From Gemmata obscuriglobus (GTDB lineage: Bacteria; Planctomycetota; Planctomycetia; Gemmatales; Gemmataceae), in the NCBI RefSeq assembly GCF_008065095.1, contig NZ_CP042911.1, positions 1,440,001 to 1,472,000 on the forward strand: 32,000 nt of DNA, read 5' to 3'. The position numbers and the translations under genes were made by a program. The notes beneath the pieces are model-generated. The model did not search any database, was not told the DNA's origin, and was given only the letters and a program-made list of their open reading frames with translations. Positions 15,769 to 24,657 of this stretch are shown piece after piece (the first letter of the stretch is position 1; each line of letters opens with the position of its first letter).

Positions 15769-18246
15769 ATGAGCAGCCCGCTGACGATCGGCATGGCGAC
15801 CCGGGGCGAGCCGGACCACGTGTGGTTCGTGCTCTCGGCCCTGGCCGCGAACCACCCGCGGGTCGAGTACCTGGTGGTGGACAATACCCCGGAGCGGGAC
15901 CCGCGGGTGGAGGCGATCACCCGGGCCGTGGGCGGCCGGTACCTGCACCGCCCGGACCTCACCGGTACGTCCAAGCCCCGGGACGCCGTGTTCCGGTTCG
16001 CTCGCACCCCGTGGGCCCTGTGCATCGACAGCCACGTGATTCTGGAAACGGGTGCGGTGCAGGCGGCCCTCTACTTCGCCTCACGTTATCCGGACTCGCG
16101 GGACATCGTGTCCGGGCCGCTGGTGCACGACGACGGCCGCGGGCTGGCGACCCACTGGCGACCGAACCCGGGCGGCGGGCTGTGGGGCACCTGGGACACG
16201 GACCCGCGCGGCGCGGCCCCCGCCGGCGAGCCGTTCGAGATCCCCATGATGGGCCTCGGGCTGTGGCTCATGCGCACCGCGGCGTGGCCCGGGTTCCACC
16301 CGCTGTTCAACGGGTTCGGGGGCGAAGAAGGGTACGTTCACGAGGTGGTGCGGCGCCGCGGGGGCCGGGCGCTGTGCGTGCCCGGGCTGCGGTGGCGGCA
16401 CAAGTTCCGCGACGTGTCCGGCTGGCACAACAACCCGCCGCCCCCGTACCCGCTCCGCACCGAGGACCACGTGTGGAACCTGCTGATCGGTCACCGGGAA
16501 CTCGGAATCGACGCGGTCCCGCAGATCCGCGAGCACTTCGGGAAGGGGCTGCCCGCGGACACCTGGGGGCGGCTGGTGGAGCGGTCCGAGGCGGTGCAGC
16601 CGGTCGGCGGCCCGCGTCCGGGGCCGAAGCGCCAGCGCATCCTGGCGGTCTGGTACACGGACAACAGCGCCCCCGCCGCGCTGCTCCAGCGGAGCGCCGA
16701 GACCGTGACCCACGCCCGCGACCAGACCTTACGGCACGACGTGACCGTGAGCGCGTGCGGGTGGGAACCGGTCGCCGGGGTGCGGGTCGGGGACCACTGG
16801 ACCACGTTCGCCGGTGAAAAGCGCCGCGCGCACGCCACCATCGCCGCGCAGATCCGGGCCGCCGCGGCAGCGGCGATCGCGGACGGCTCGCAGTTCGACG
16901 CCGTCGCGTTCTGCGAGCACGACGTGCTGTACCCGCCCGGGTACTTCGACCGGCTCGGCGACGCCCTCGCCGCGCACCCGTCGGCCCCGGTGGTATCGCA
17001 CCTCGATTACATCGGCCTCAACGGCACCGGCTGGCAGCCGGTGCGCGAGCGACACGAGCCGCTGCACCAGCTGGCCCTGCGGTGGGACACCTTCCTCACG
17101 AACCTGACCCGCGCCGAAACGGAAGCGGCCGGCGGTGGTCCGGTGGTCCTCGAACCGGACCACGGGGCCGACCGGTCCGCCTGGGCGCGGCTGGACCCCG
17201 CCGACCCCGCGGGCATGAGCGGCACGCCGGCCGTTCACGTGAACCACACCGCCGGCCGGTTCACGGCGCACGGGGACGTGTGCTACGAGCCGCGCGGCGC
17301 GTCCCTGTGGCACCCGCACTGGGGCGAGGCGCGTCACTGGTGGCCCGGCCCGATGACGACGGTGTCGAGCGTGGACGTGACGCAGTTCAAACCGCAGAAG
17401 CCGGCCGGGTGCTCGGCGTGCGAGGCGAACGCGCACCCGACGCCCGCCGCGTGGGCCGAGGCGTCGGCCGCGAAGCCGTCCGACTTCCACGAGCACGTCG
17501 GCACGCTGCGCGCGCTGGCGGCCGGCTGCGCGAGCGCCGCGGAGCTGTCGCTGTGGATGAAGCCGGCGGACGCGGCGCTCGTCGCCGGCCTCCCGGCCGA
17601 CGGCACGTTCGTGAGCGTGTGCCCCCGGCCGAAGCCGCAGTGGGAGCGGTTGAGGGGTTGGCTGGGCGCGCGGTTCGAGGGCCGCACCGCCGACCCGGCG
17701 GCCGCGGACCTGCCCCCGGTGGACCTGCTGTTCATCGACACCGATCACACCGCCGACGCGCTCATGCCCCTGCTGGAGCGGCACCACGAGCGGGTGGCGA
17801 AGTACATCGTGGTTCACTGCACCGAGACGTTTGGGGAGAGCGGCGACCGGCCCGACGCCCCGGGCGTGCTGCACGCGCTGCGAACCTTCTGCCACCGCCA
17901 CCCGGGCTGGGTGGTGAAGCGCCGCGATCGGAACAACCACGGGCTGATGGTTCTGTCGCGGTGCGCCGAGGACGTGAGGGCGAAGCCGGCGCTGTGGCGC
18001 CAGGCGATGAACTACACGGCGGCGATGGCGCGGCACGTGGCGGGCGGGCGCCGGACGGTGCCGCTGGAGGTGCTCGAATCGCGCCAAGCGGAGTGCGCGC
18101 TGTGCGAGGAGCGGGCGCTGGACGCGTGCGCCGCGTGCGGGTGCCCGCTGGAGGCCAAGCTGCCCCTCGCAACCGAATCGTGCGGGCTGGTGAAGAAGGG
18201 GCAGGCGCCGAAGTGGGGGCCGTGGCCGGACGCCCCGACCGGGTGA
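15769..18246 (+). CDS. multidomain enzyme: GT2-like glycosyltransferase, second glycosyltransferase-like domain, class I SAM-methyltransferase-like domain, and C-terminal Cys4-type zinc ribbon
   Basis: ATG at 15769 in ORF 15589..18246. The N-terminus (LTIGMATRGEP...YLVVDNTPERD...ALCIDSHV) looks like GT2. The middle (RILAVWYTDNS...FCEHDVLYPPGYF) looks like a nucleotide-sugar transferase. The segment VDLLFIDTDHTADA...YIVVHCTETF resembles Methyltransf_24-type enzymes. The end reads CALCEERALDACAACGCPLEAKL...SC. Confidence 0.65.
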   Translation: MSSPLTIGMATRGEPDHVWFVLSALAANHPRVEYLVVDNTPERDPRVEAITRAVGGRYLHRPDLTGTSKPRDAVFRFARTPWALCIDSHVILETGAVQAALYFASRYPDSRDIVSGPLVHDDGRGLATHWRPNPGGGLWGTWDTDPRGAAPAGEPFEIPMMGLGLWLMRTAAWPGFHPLFNGFGGEEGYVHEVVRRRGGRALCVPGLRWRHKFRDVSGWHNNPPPPYPLRTEDHVWNLLIGHRELGIDAVPQIREHFGKGLPADTWGRLVERSEAVQPVGGPRPGPKRQRILAVWYTDNSAPAALLQRSAETVTHARDQTLRHDVTVSACGWEPVAGVRVGDHWTTFAGEKRRAHATIAAQIRAAAAAAIADGSQFDAVAFCEHDVLYPPGYFDRLGDALAAHPSAPVVSHLDYIGLNGTGWQPVRERHEPLHQLALRWDTFLTNLTRAETEAAGGGPVVLEPDHGADRSAWARLDPADPAGMSGTPAVHVNHTAGRFTAHGDVCYEPRGASLWHPHWGEARHWWPGPMTTVSSVDVTQFKPQKPAGCSACEANAHPTPAAWAEASAAKPSDFHEHVGTLRALAAGCASAAELSLWMKPADAALVAGLPADGTFVSVCPRPKPQWERLRGWLGARFEGRTADPAAADLPPVDLLFIDTDHTADALMPLLERHHERVAKYIVVHCTETFGESGDRPDAPGVLHALRTFCHRHPGWVVKRRDRNNHGLMVLSRCAEDVRAKPALWRQAMNYTAAMARHVAGGRRTVPLEVLESRQAECALCEERALDACAACGCPLEAKLPLATESCGLVKKGQAPKWGPWPDAPTG

Positions 18247-18256
18247 TTGTGTCGCG

Positions 18257-18270
18257 TGCCATCGGCCGGG
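18257..18270 (+). promoter_or_regulatory. copy 3 of shared core motif TGCCATCGGCCGGG, 20 nt upstream of the ATG at 18291
   Basis: Exact 14-mer shared with the other three copies. A GGAGGA Shine-Dalgarno sequence follows at 18278-18283. Confidence 0.5.
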
Positions 18271-18290
18271 AACCTGTGGAGGATGCGGAC

Positions 18291-18533
18291 ATGCCGGCGA
18301 GCCTATCGGACCCGAGCGACTACTATTTCGCGGTCACCCCGAGCAACACGGCGAACGCCCCGCGCGCGTTCCGGTCCTTGCGGATCGGCGCCGCCGGGGA
18401 CGTGGTGGTGGTGCGAAAGGACGGCGCCGCGGTCACGTTCAAGAACTGCCAGGGCGGCGAGTGCCTGCCGGTCGAGGGCGTGCGCGTGAACGCCACGGGC
18501 ACCACCGCCGCCGACATCGTCGCCTACGCATGA
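18291..18533 (+). CDS. small phage/GTA spike-base-like protein (resembles the RCAP_rcc01079 family)
   Basis: ATG at 18291 in ORF 17082..18533, 80 aa. The pattern FAVTPSNTANAP...LRIGAAGDVVVVRKDGAAVTFKNCQGGECLPVEGVRVNATGTTAADIVAYA matches my recollection of that family (A-x-TPSDT ... GxAGDv ... vtf ... lP ... V-x-ATGTTA). Confidence 0.5.
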   Translation: MPASLSDPSDYYFAVTPSNTANAPRAFRSLRIGAAGDVVVVRKDGAAVTFKNCQGGECLPVEGVRVNATGTTAADIVAYA

Positions 18534-18543
18534 GGGGAGCGCG

Positions 18544-19857
18544 ATGAAATCGGGCGTGGGGCTGGCGATCAATCAGTTGCGGCGGACGGGCGGCATTACC
18601 GTGCCATCGCCACAGGAATCATGGCTGTCTACCGGCGGTCACTTCACAGACACGGCCGGTACTACCCCGGCGACGGCGACCGGCCAATTAGTAAAGTGCT
18701 GGACAGGTGTAGGCGGAGGAAAACTAACGGACATTGGGTCGAATTTTTGCACATATCAGAAGGACGCGGCCGGCATTGGGAAACACGCGGTGCGCGCCGA
18801 CGCAGCGGTACTGATCGGCGGAGTGCTGCCGGCGCCCCTGGATATGCAAAACCACGCGATGGTAATCGTTTACGAGAGGCGCCGGACGGATCGGGCTTCA
18901 TGCGTGAACGTGCTCACGACCGCTGATAACTTCGGTAGCGCGGGGCTGCATTTGATTAACGGATATCAGCGCCCTGAGATTGGTAGTTTGGGGAGCTACC
19001 TGCCGAGCGAGTACGGCGCGCCACTGACCGGTTTCTGGGTGATCGGGTTCACGAGTGTGGCGAGCGGATATCAGTGGTGTGTCAACGGGCGGTTGGCTCG
19101 CGCCAGCGCCACGCCATTAGCCGCCGGAACGAGGCCGGCAATCGGAATCGGGACCATCTCCGGGGTGAATTCGGGGGGGGATCTCGCGCAGCTTGACGTG
19201 TGGGCGACCGGACTCACTGGCCCGCAACTCCAGGCAGCGGTTCAAGCCCGTATGGCTACCTTCGGGATCACACTCCCGAGTCGGTCCGTTAACGTCATCT
19301 TCACCGGTAACTCGATCACATACGGCGCGTCTGCCGGATTTGCACCGTTCGCCTCGATCGCTGCGGACGCCGCCAGCGTGTCAGCCCATGATTGGCGCAA
19401 CTGGGGGAGTTCTGGCGCTACCACGTCCGCGCTCCAAAGTCGCGATGCGGCGATGTGGGGGACGTGGTATCAAGCCGGAACCAAGAACGTTGCGGTTCAG
19501 TGGGAGCTAACTAACTCGCTTGCATCTGGTGCTAGTGTCGCATCGACACTAGCGTCTCATGCGCAGTGGGTGGCGGACTCCAGGGCGGCCGGGTTCAAGA
19601 GCGTATGCCCCACCGTGATCAATCGCACCAGCCTGTTCAGCGGTGGTACGGACGCCACTGCATTTGCGGCTGCTCAGGCGGCTACTAACGCCGCGCTCTT
19701 GAGCAACTCGGGTGGGATTTATGGGGATGTGATCGTGGATTTGAGTAGCGTCGCATCGGCGGGCACCGCCGGCGACGGCACGCACCCGATCCAGGCCGGG
19801 CACACCGCGATTGGCGGTCTGGTGGGGGTGGGGCTGGCGACCGCACTGGCGATGTAA
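18544..19857 (+). CDS. LamG/ConA-like lectin domain fused to an SGNH/GDSL esterase (candidate spike/fibre with deacetylase activity)
   Basis: 437 aa with an RBS GAGGGGAG. The N-terminal half ends ...LAQLDVWATGLTGPQLQAA, which is LamG-like. The C-terminal half carries VIFTGNSITYG (block I Ser), WELTNS (block III-like) and DGTHPIQAGH (block V D-x-x-H). Confidence 0.65.
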   Translation: MKSGVGLAINQLRRTGGITVPSPQESWLSTGGHFTDTAGTTPATATGQLVKCWTGVGGGKLTDIGSNFCTYQKDAAGIGKHAVRADAAVLIGGVLPAPLDMQNHAMVIVYERRRTDRASCVNVLTTADNFGSAGLHLINGYQRPEIGSLGSYLPSEYGAPLTGFWVIGFTSVASGYQWCVNGRLARASATPLAAGTRPAIGIGTISGVNSGGDLAQLDVWATGLTGPQLQAAVQARMATFGITLPSRSVNVIFTGNSITYGASAGFAPFASIAADAASVSAHDWRNWGSSGATTSALQSRDAAMWGTWYQAGTKNVAVQWELTNSLASGASVASTLASHAQWVADSRAAGFKSVCPTVINRTSLFSGGTDATAFAAAQAATNAALLSNSGGIYGDVIVDLSSVASAGTAGDGTHPIQAGHTAIGGLVGVGLATALAM

Positions 19858-19937
19858 TCGCGGCGGCCTAATCTGAGCATGGTTTGAAACAGGCAAGTGT
19901 GATGATTTAAAAGTCTTATTTAAATACACTTAATGGC

Positions 19938-19958
19938 GCTTCTGTGGGCCGCAGAAGC
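19938..19958. terminator. weak hairpin between convergent genes (gcttctg-tgggccg-cagaagc)
   Basis: 7-bp stem in an AT-rich spacer between 18544..19857(+) and 20044..20994(-). There is no clear U-tract. Confidence 0.25.
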
Positions 19959-20043
19959 ACTTGCGAAACCATCCACGCCCGCGCCCCAGACCATCGTCCA
20001 CATCGCCGACATCCGGCGTTAGCGCCGAACTTGATAAGGCCGA

Positions 20044-20994
20044 TTACTGGCCAACCAGAATTCCCAGGCGGATTCGCTTGAGAGCAACTCCAAGCCCCAG
20101 GCCGCCTATGATGGCAATACCGGTAATTAAAACTCGTATTGATACATTGGACATGTCAAACAGGACGCCGCCAAGATTCAAGAATAGTAAGTGCGATAGG
20201 AAAATCGAAAAGCTGTTGCGCCCGATGTACTGGATCACTTGTCGCCACCGCAGTTGCCGCAGCGAGGGCTCACGAGTCGTTGGCCCCATTGCAAGCAATA
20301 TCGCAAGCGACCCCACTGTGACACTGACCACTAGGTAGGGTGATGCTCGCGGGACGGTGAGCAAAAGTTGTGAGAACTCAGTTGGCGTCAAGAGGGTCGC
20401 AGTAGCCAATGGCATCAGTAAGAGCGTCGGTCGAATCGTGCCACGTGCGAGGCCAATTCCGACGAATACGTAGGGTAACCAATAGACGAAGAGCCTATCG
20501 CCTACCCCTGACGCAACGTAAGATCTGAACAAGTAATAGTCGGCCAGTGGGTTACAGATCGCTCCCACGGCTATAACGATCCACAGCGGTAGTGGTGATG
20601 CGTAGCGGCGCAATAGCGGAAACAACAATGTTAATTGAAACAGTATGATGAAGAAATACTGTCCGGACCAGCCGTAGCCGCCTAGCCAGCCATTCACAAT
20701 CACGTTCGGCGGAACTGATCGCCACTCGCTGCTTGTGTGAAAGAGTGGTATGTATACAGCAGTCCAAAATAAGTATGGGATTAGCAACCGGACGAATCGC
20801 TGTTGGGCGTATGTCCAAGTGCGATCTTGGCGACGTGATAACCCCTGTTCATAGTGGTACGCCCAGATGGACAGAAATACTGGTACGCAAAACCTGAGAA
20901 TATCGGCATACGGAAGACCTGCATGGATGCATACGACGGCCACAATGGCTACTGCCTTGAGTTCGTCTGAGCGGCCATCGCGATTTTTTTGCAT
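20044..20994 (-). CDS. acyltransferase family 3 integral membrane protein (O-acyl/acetyltransferase type)
   Basis: 316 aa and multi-TM. Motifs include ELKAVAIVAVVCIH, GRNSFSIFLSHLL and a WSGQYFFIILFQLTLLFP region. The gene is visibly AT-richer than the rest of the window. Confidence 0.8.
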   Translation of the reverse strand: MQKNRDGRSDELKAVAIVAVVCIHAGLPYADILRFCVPVFLSIWAYHYEQGLSRRQDRTWTYAQQRFVRLLIPYLFWTAVYIPLFHTSSEWRSVPPNVIVNGWLGGYGWSGQYFFIILFQLTLLFPLLRRYASPLPLWIVIAVGAICNPLADYYLFRSYVASGVGDRLFVYWLPYVFVGIGLARGTIRPTLLLMPLATATLLTPTEFSQLLLTVPRASPYLVVSVTVGSLAILLAMGPTTREPSLRQLRWRQVIQYIGRNSFSIFLSHLLFLNLGGVLFDMSNVSIRVLITGIAIIGGLGLGVALKRIRLGILVGQ

Positions 20995-21278
20995 AATGGC
21001 TGATTTGAATGGAGGCTATTAGGTGGAACTCGGTAATGGGGGCAATTTCACTTGAACTGAGTCGCTGTGGGGCAGACGCGATTAAACTTGTACCCTGCGG
21101 GACAAGCGGATTACCGCCTTCTCGCCACAGAGGTAGAGCAGATAGGCAAGCCCGATCGCCGCGGCGGTTGAGAGCGCGATTGCCAACCCAACACTCGCCT
21201 CCGATCTGGACGTGTCCCGGCGGAGGCATGCCACCAGCACCAAGCCTACCAGCCCGTACTTCAGCGGTCGGCCTTCAA

Positions 21279-22370
21279 CTACTTCTGTTCGGTTACGGCC
21301 TTGCGCCGGTCCCGCCACCGGAGCGCCGGCAGCTCCACTGCGTAACGCATCGCCAGCGCCGCGACCAGAGACACGGACCAGAACGCGAGCACTTTGATCG
21401 GCCAGGCGGCGCTCACGAACTTCATCACTACGACCGCGATGACCGGGTGCAGCAGGTAAATCGCGTACGACAGGGCCGCAACGCCGGACGCCCCCGGAAC
21501 CCGCAGGTTGCGCCACGGCCCCGCGGAAATGCCGGCATAGACCATGGCACCAAAGATCAGCGAGAGCGGGAGGAATCGCTGGTCCTTGAACCACTCCGGC
21601 TGGTCGGCCCAGACGTAAACCGCAAGGGCCGCGGTGGCGAGCAGGCCGAGGAACGTCGAGGTGGCGGCGCTGCGGCCCGGTCCCAGGGTCGCGATCAGCA
21701 GGCCCACCGCGAGTCCGTCCATCCGGCAATACGGCACGCCGTACCCGGGCGTGTGGCTGCCGGCCGCGCCGTACATCCCCAGCGCCGCCCGGCCGGCAAC
21801 GGACATCACGATTGCGCCGCAGGCGATCAGCCGGAGGGCCGCCCGCGCGGGAACGCGCAGCCGCAGCGCCCCCACCACCAGCACCGGCAGGATGAGGTAG
21901 AACAGCTCTTCTACGCAAAGCGACCAGGACCAGGCGAACCGCATGTTATCGAACCCGATCAGCGTTGATTGCATGAAGACGAGGTAGCTCCACCGCGGCG
22001 ACCACGACCCCGCTGCCGTATAAACGAGGTCGCCGAGCGCGATCAGGGCCAGCATGACGTAATAGGCCGGGAGCGTGCGCATCCAGCGGCGGTACCAGAA
22101 GCGCCGGACGTCGAGCCGGCCGCTCGCCCCCGCTTCACCCAGTACGATCGTCGCGATCAGGTAGCCGCTCAAAACAAAGAACAGGTCTACGCCCGCATCT
22201 CCGGATGACAGGAGCCTCCCGATATTTGGGTTCAGGTGCTCCGGCAGGTATCCGCCCCCGTGCGTGTGCCGCAGGACGACCCACACGATCGCCGCCGCGC
22301 GAAGCACGTCGAGTGCCGGGATGTGTGTCCGCGGTGAAACCGGACTGGGTGCGGGAACGCCGTTACTCAT
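21279..22370 (-). CDS. acyltransferase family 3 integral membrane protein
   Basis: 363 aa. Motifs are IPALDVLRAAAIVWVVLRH, GVDLFFVLSGYLI, WSWSLCVEELFYLILP and LSYAIYLLHP, all classic acyltransferase_3 blocks. Confidence 0.85.
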   Translation of the reverse strand: MSNGVPAPSPVSPRTHIPALDVLRAAAIVWVVLRHTHGGGYLPEHLNPNIGRLLSSGDAGVDLFFVLSGYLIATIVLGEAGASGRLDVRRFWYRRWMRTLPAYYVMLALIALGDLVYTAAGSWSPRWSYLVFMQSTLIGFDNMRFAWSWSLCVEELFYLILPVLVVGALRLRVPARAALRLIACGAIVMSVAGRAALGMYGAAGSHTPGYGVPYCRMDGLAVGLLIATLGPGRSAATSTFLGLLATAALAVYVWADQPEWFKDQRFLPLSLIFGAMVYAGISAGPWRNLRVPGASGVAALSYAIYLLHPVIAVVVMKFVSAAWPIKVLAFWSVSLVAALAMRYAVELPALRWRDRRKAVTEQK

Positions 22371-22599
22371 GAATGGCCTCTGACACGCTGTGACTACAAT
22401 GATGTAATTTTATTGATTCGTGTGATTGTTAGGTTTTTAGCCCGAAAAGGGGGGCGCTGGCCGGGTGCAGCCGCGCGCAACCCGCCGTTCCGCAGGGCAC
22501 CCCGACGGCCCCGTGCGTAACCGGCTCAATAAGGCCATATTTATTGATGTGAACATAATTCGTGTTTTGGATGTGGTCCGGCGGCGACCGGCGCGGCGC

Positions 22600-23111
22600 T
22601 CAGGGCCGCGAACCGGGCCACGCGCGCACCGCGACCGCGGACGCGGTGAACACCCGGTAGAACTGGACCTCCAGGCAGAGCGTCCAGTACGCCACGTCCA
22701 GCGCGGTGTAACCCAGGACCTCCTGCGCGTACACCATGTGCGCGAGCAACTGGTCGAACGAAACCGTGGTGTTCTTGAACAGCCCCACCGCGTGCCCGCC
22801 AGGATGCTCAGCGTAATAAACGTCAGCATGGCCCAGCACAGGGACACGGTCCGGACCAGCCTTCGCAGCACGAAACGGAACCCGGTGCCGGGCGTGAACT
22901 GGTACCGCTGGGCGGTCGACGCGATCACGTACCCGCTGAGGGCGAAGAACACCGGCCCCCCCAGGTGGCCGCACCGCGTCACCGCGAGAACGGCCGATCC
23001 GGCGGGACCGGCGGGCACCTCGAACAGGGCGAAAAACTCCGTGTAGTGGAACAGCACCACCGCCAGCGCGGCCGCGCCCCGGAGTGCATCGACGGCGGGC
23101 AGACGGTTCAC
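22600..23111 (-). pseudogene. frameshifted, 3-prime-truncated acyltransferase family 3 remnant
   Basis: The N-terminal blocks (NRLPAVDALRGAAALAVVLFHY, GGPVFFALSGYVI) are in the frame of ORF 22437..23111. The next blocks (LLAHMVYAQEVLGYTALDVAYWTLCLEVQFY) are in the frame of ORF 22600..23130. The switch lies near 22795-22805. The reading frame ends after about 170 aa, compared with about 320-360 aa for the neighbouring genes. Confidence 0.6.
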
Positions 23112-23669
23112 GCGGGCGATCTCCGGTCAACTCCGTGGCGGCTAGTGGTGAGTTTATTGTCCCGCTTGTGCGGCGGCGAACGCGGGCACGCGCCCGGCCG
23201 CTCCCGAGTTATGCGGCGACGGTCGGGCGCGGAGCGGTGGCGCCGGCGGTAAGCCATCGAACCCACCGTGCGAAGTTCCCCAATGGTCGCCGGTTTCGGA
23301 CGGGGGCGCTCAGCAAGTTTACAACGGGTCCGTCCGGGTCCGCCTGCCGCGGCGCTTTCTGTGTGGGCATACCTCGTTACTCGGCAGCCGCGGCTCGCCG
23401 GAACGGGCGCCGCCGCGGGGTTCAGGTGCCCGGTTACGCGGCGTTAACACGGCTTCCGGGCGGAAACAGCCCATGTTTCCTAAGTTAAACAATCGAGTTG
23501 GCGAGCGTGCGATAGTCATTTGCGCGACTGTGGACATTTCTTTTGCCGGCCCATTTTCCGCGTCAGGCGGACCCCTATTTCCGCCCCCCGCCCCTCGCCC
23601 GCCGGCCGGCGGGGGGCAACGCGCGCTACGGTCGTGGGTGTTCCCCGAATCGTCACCCGGAGACCGAGG

Positions 23670-24494
23670 ATGTCCCGCGCACGCCGCGCCTTCACGCTCA
23701 TCGAACTGCTGGTCGTCATCGCGATCGTCGCCCTTTTGATCGGCCTGCTGCTGCCCGCCGTTCAGAAGGTGCGCGAGGCCGCCGCCCGGATGTCGTGCAG
23801 CAACAACCTGAGGCAAATCGGCCTCGCCCTGCACACCCACCACGAGGCCGTCGGCTACTTCCCGAGCGGCGGGGGGCACTGGACCAAGCCGCCCACCTAC
23901 GTCGGCAAAACCCCGGCGTGGCTCTCGTCCCAGAACGCCGGCTGGGCGTTCCAACTGCTCCCGTACCTGGAGCTGGACACGGCGTACCGGAGCGGGCCGT
24001 CGGTCGTCTCGGTGGTCGTGCCGGGGTACTTCTGCCCGGCCCGGCGCGCGCCCCTCGCGGTCGCCGGCCGCGGGCTGATCGATTACGCGAGCGCCACCGG
24101 TCCCGGCGGCGGCGCGGAGGAGGCGGGGCCGTACTACGGGGTGATCGTGCGGAACCCGCTGCGGACCACCACGGAGTCCGTCACCGACGGGCTGTCGAAC
24201 ACGCTGGTGATCGGCGAGAAGCGGCTCCACACGGAGCGGTACCAGACGGGGGACTGGTGCGACGACCAGGGGTACGCGGACGCGTGGGACAACGACATCG
24301 TGAGCCTGACGGCGGCCCCGTTCGGCCGGGACCGGGCGCAGAACACCGGGTACGAGTTCGGTTCCGCGCACCGCACCGGGATGAACGCGGTGTTCGGCGA
24401 CGGGTCCGTCCGGCACGTCCGGTACGGGCTGCCGACCGACGTGCTCGTCGCGCTGGGGGACCGCCGGGACGGCCTCAGCCCCGCCACCGAGTGA
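23670..24494 (+). CDS. DUF1559 protein with prepilin-type N-terminal cleavage/methylation domain
   Basis: ATG at 23670 in ORF 23520..24494. The N-terminus [55 protein letters not shown] plus the later [12 protein letters not shown] are typical of the expanded planctomycete DUF1559 family. Confidence 0.9.
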   Translation: MSRARRAFTLIELLVVIAIVALLIGLLLPAVQKVREAAARMSCSNNLRQIGLALHTHHEAVGYFPSGGGHWTKPPTYVGKTPAWLSSQNAGWAFQLLPYLELDTAYRSGPSVVSVVVPGYFCPARRAPLAVAGRGLIDYASATGPGGGAEEAGPYYGVIVRNPLRTTTESVTDGLSNTLVIGEKRLHTERYQTGDWCDDQGYADAWDNDIVSLTAAPFGRDRAQNTGYEFGSAHRTGMNAVFGDGSVRHVRYGLPTDVLVALGDRRDGLSPATE

Positions 24495-24548
24495 CCGCCC
24501 GCGGGCCGCACCCGGGCGTTCGGGCGCACGCTTGGGAAGGCCGTTTTT

Positions 24549-24619
24549 GACAGGATCGACAGGATTAACAGGATGAAGACAGGCTGATTTTAAATCCTGT
24601 TCATCCTGTCGATCCCGTC
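24549..24619. repeat. imperfect 24-bp-arm hairpin in a convergent intergenic region (possible terminator)
   Basis: The left arm gacaggatcgacaggattaacagg (24549-24572) pairs with cctgttcatcctgtcgatcccgtc (24596-24619) with 2 mismatches. Confidence 0.6.
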
Positions 24620-24657
24620 AGAACGGTCTTCGCATCCCGACTTTGGCTGCTGCCTTC

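Noticed and set aside
21082-21278. A possible small membrane ORF on the minus strand, downstream of the acyltransferase 21279..22370 (…LVGLVLVACL…GLAIALSTAAAIGLAYLLYLCG…).
   Set aside because: - There is no ATG and no convincing RBS in this frame after the acyltransferase stop.
- Only an internal GTG or TTG could serve as a start.
- It could be a remnant of a longer acyltransferase C-terminus.
- There is not enough support to call it.
978-23111. Prophage attachment sites, an integrase or a tRNA integration target delimiting the island.
   Set aside because: - I found no integrase- or recombinase-like ORF and no tRNA.
- I saw no direct repeat shared between the 354-977 boundary and the region around 23112-23669.
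- The island limits are therefore inferred only from gene content and composition.
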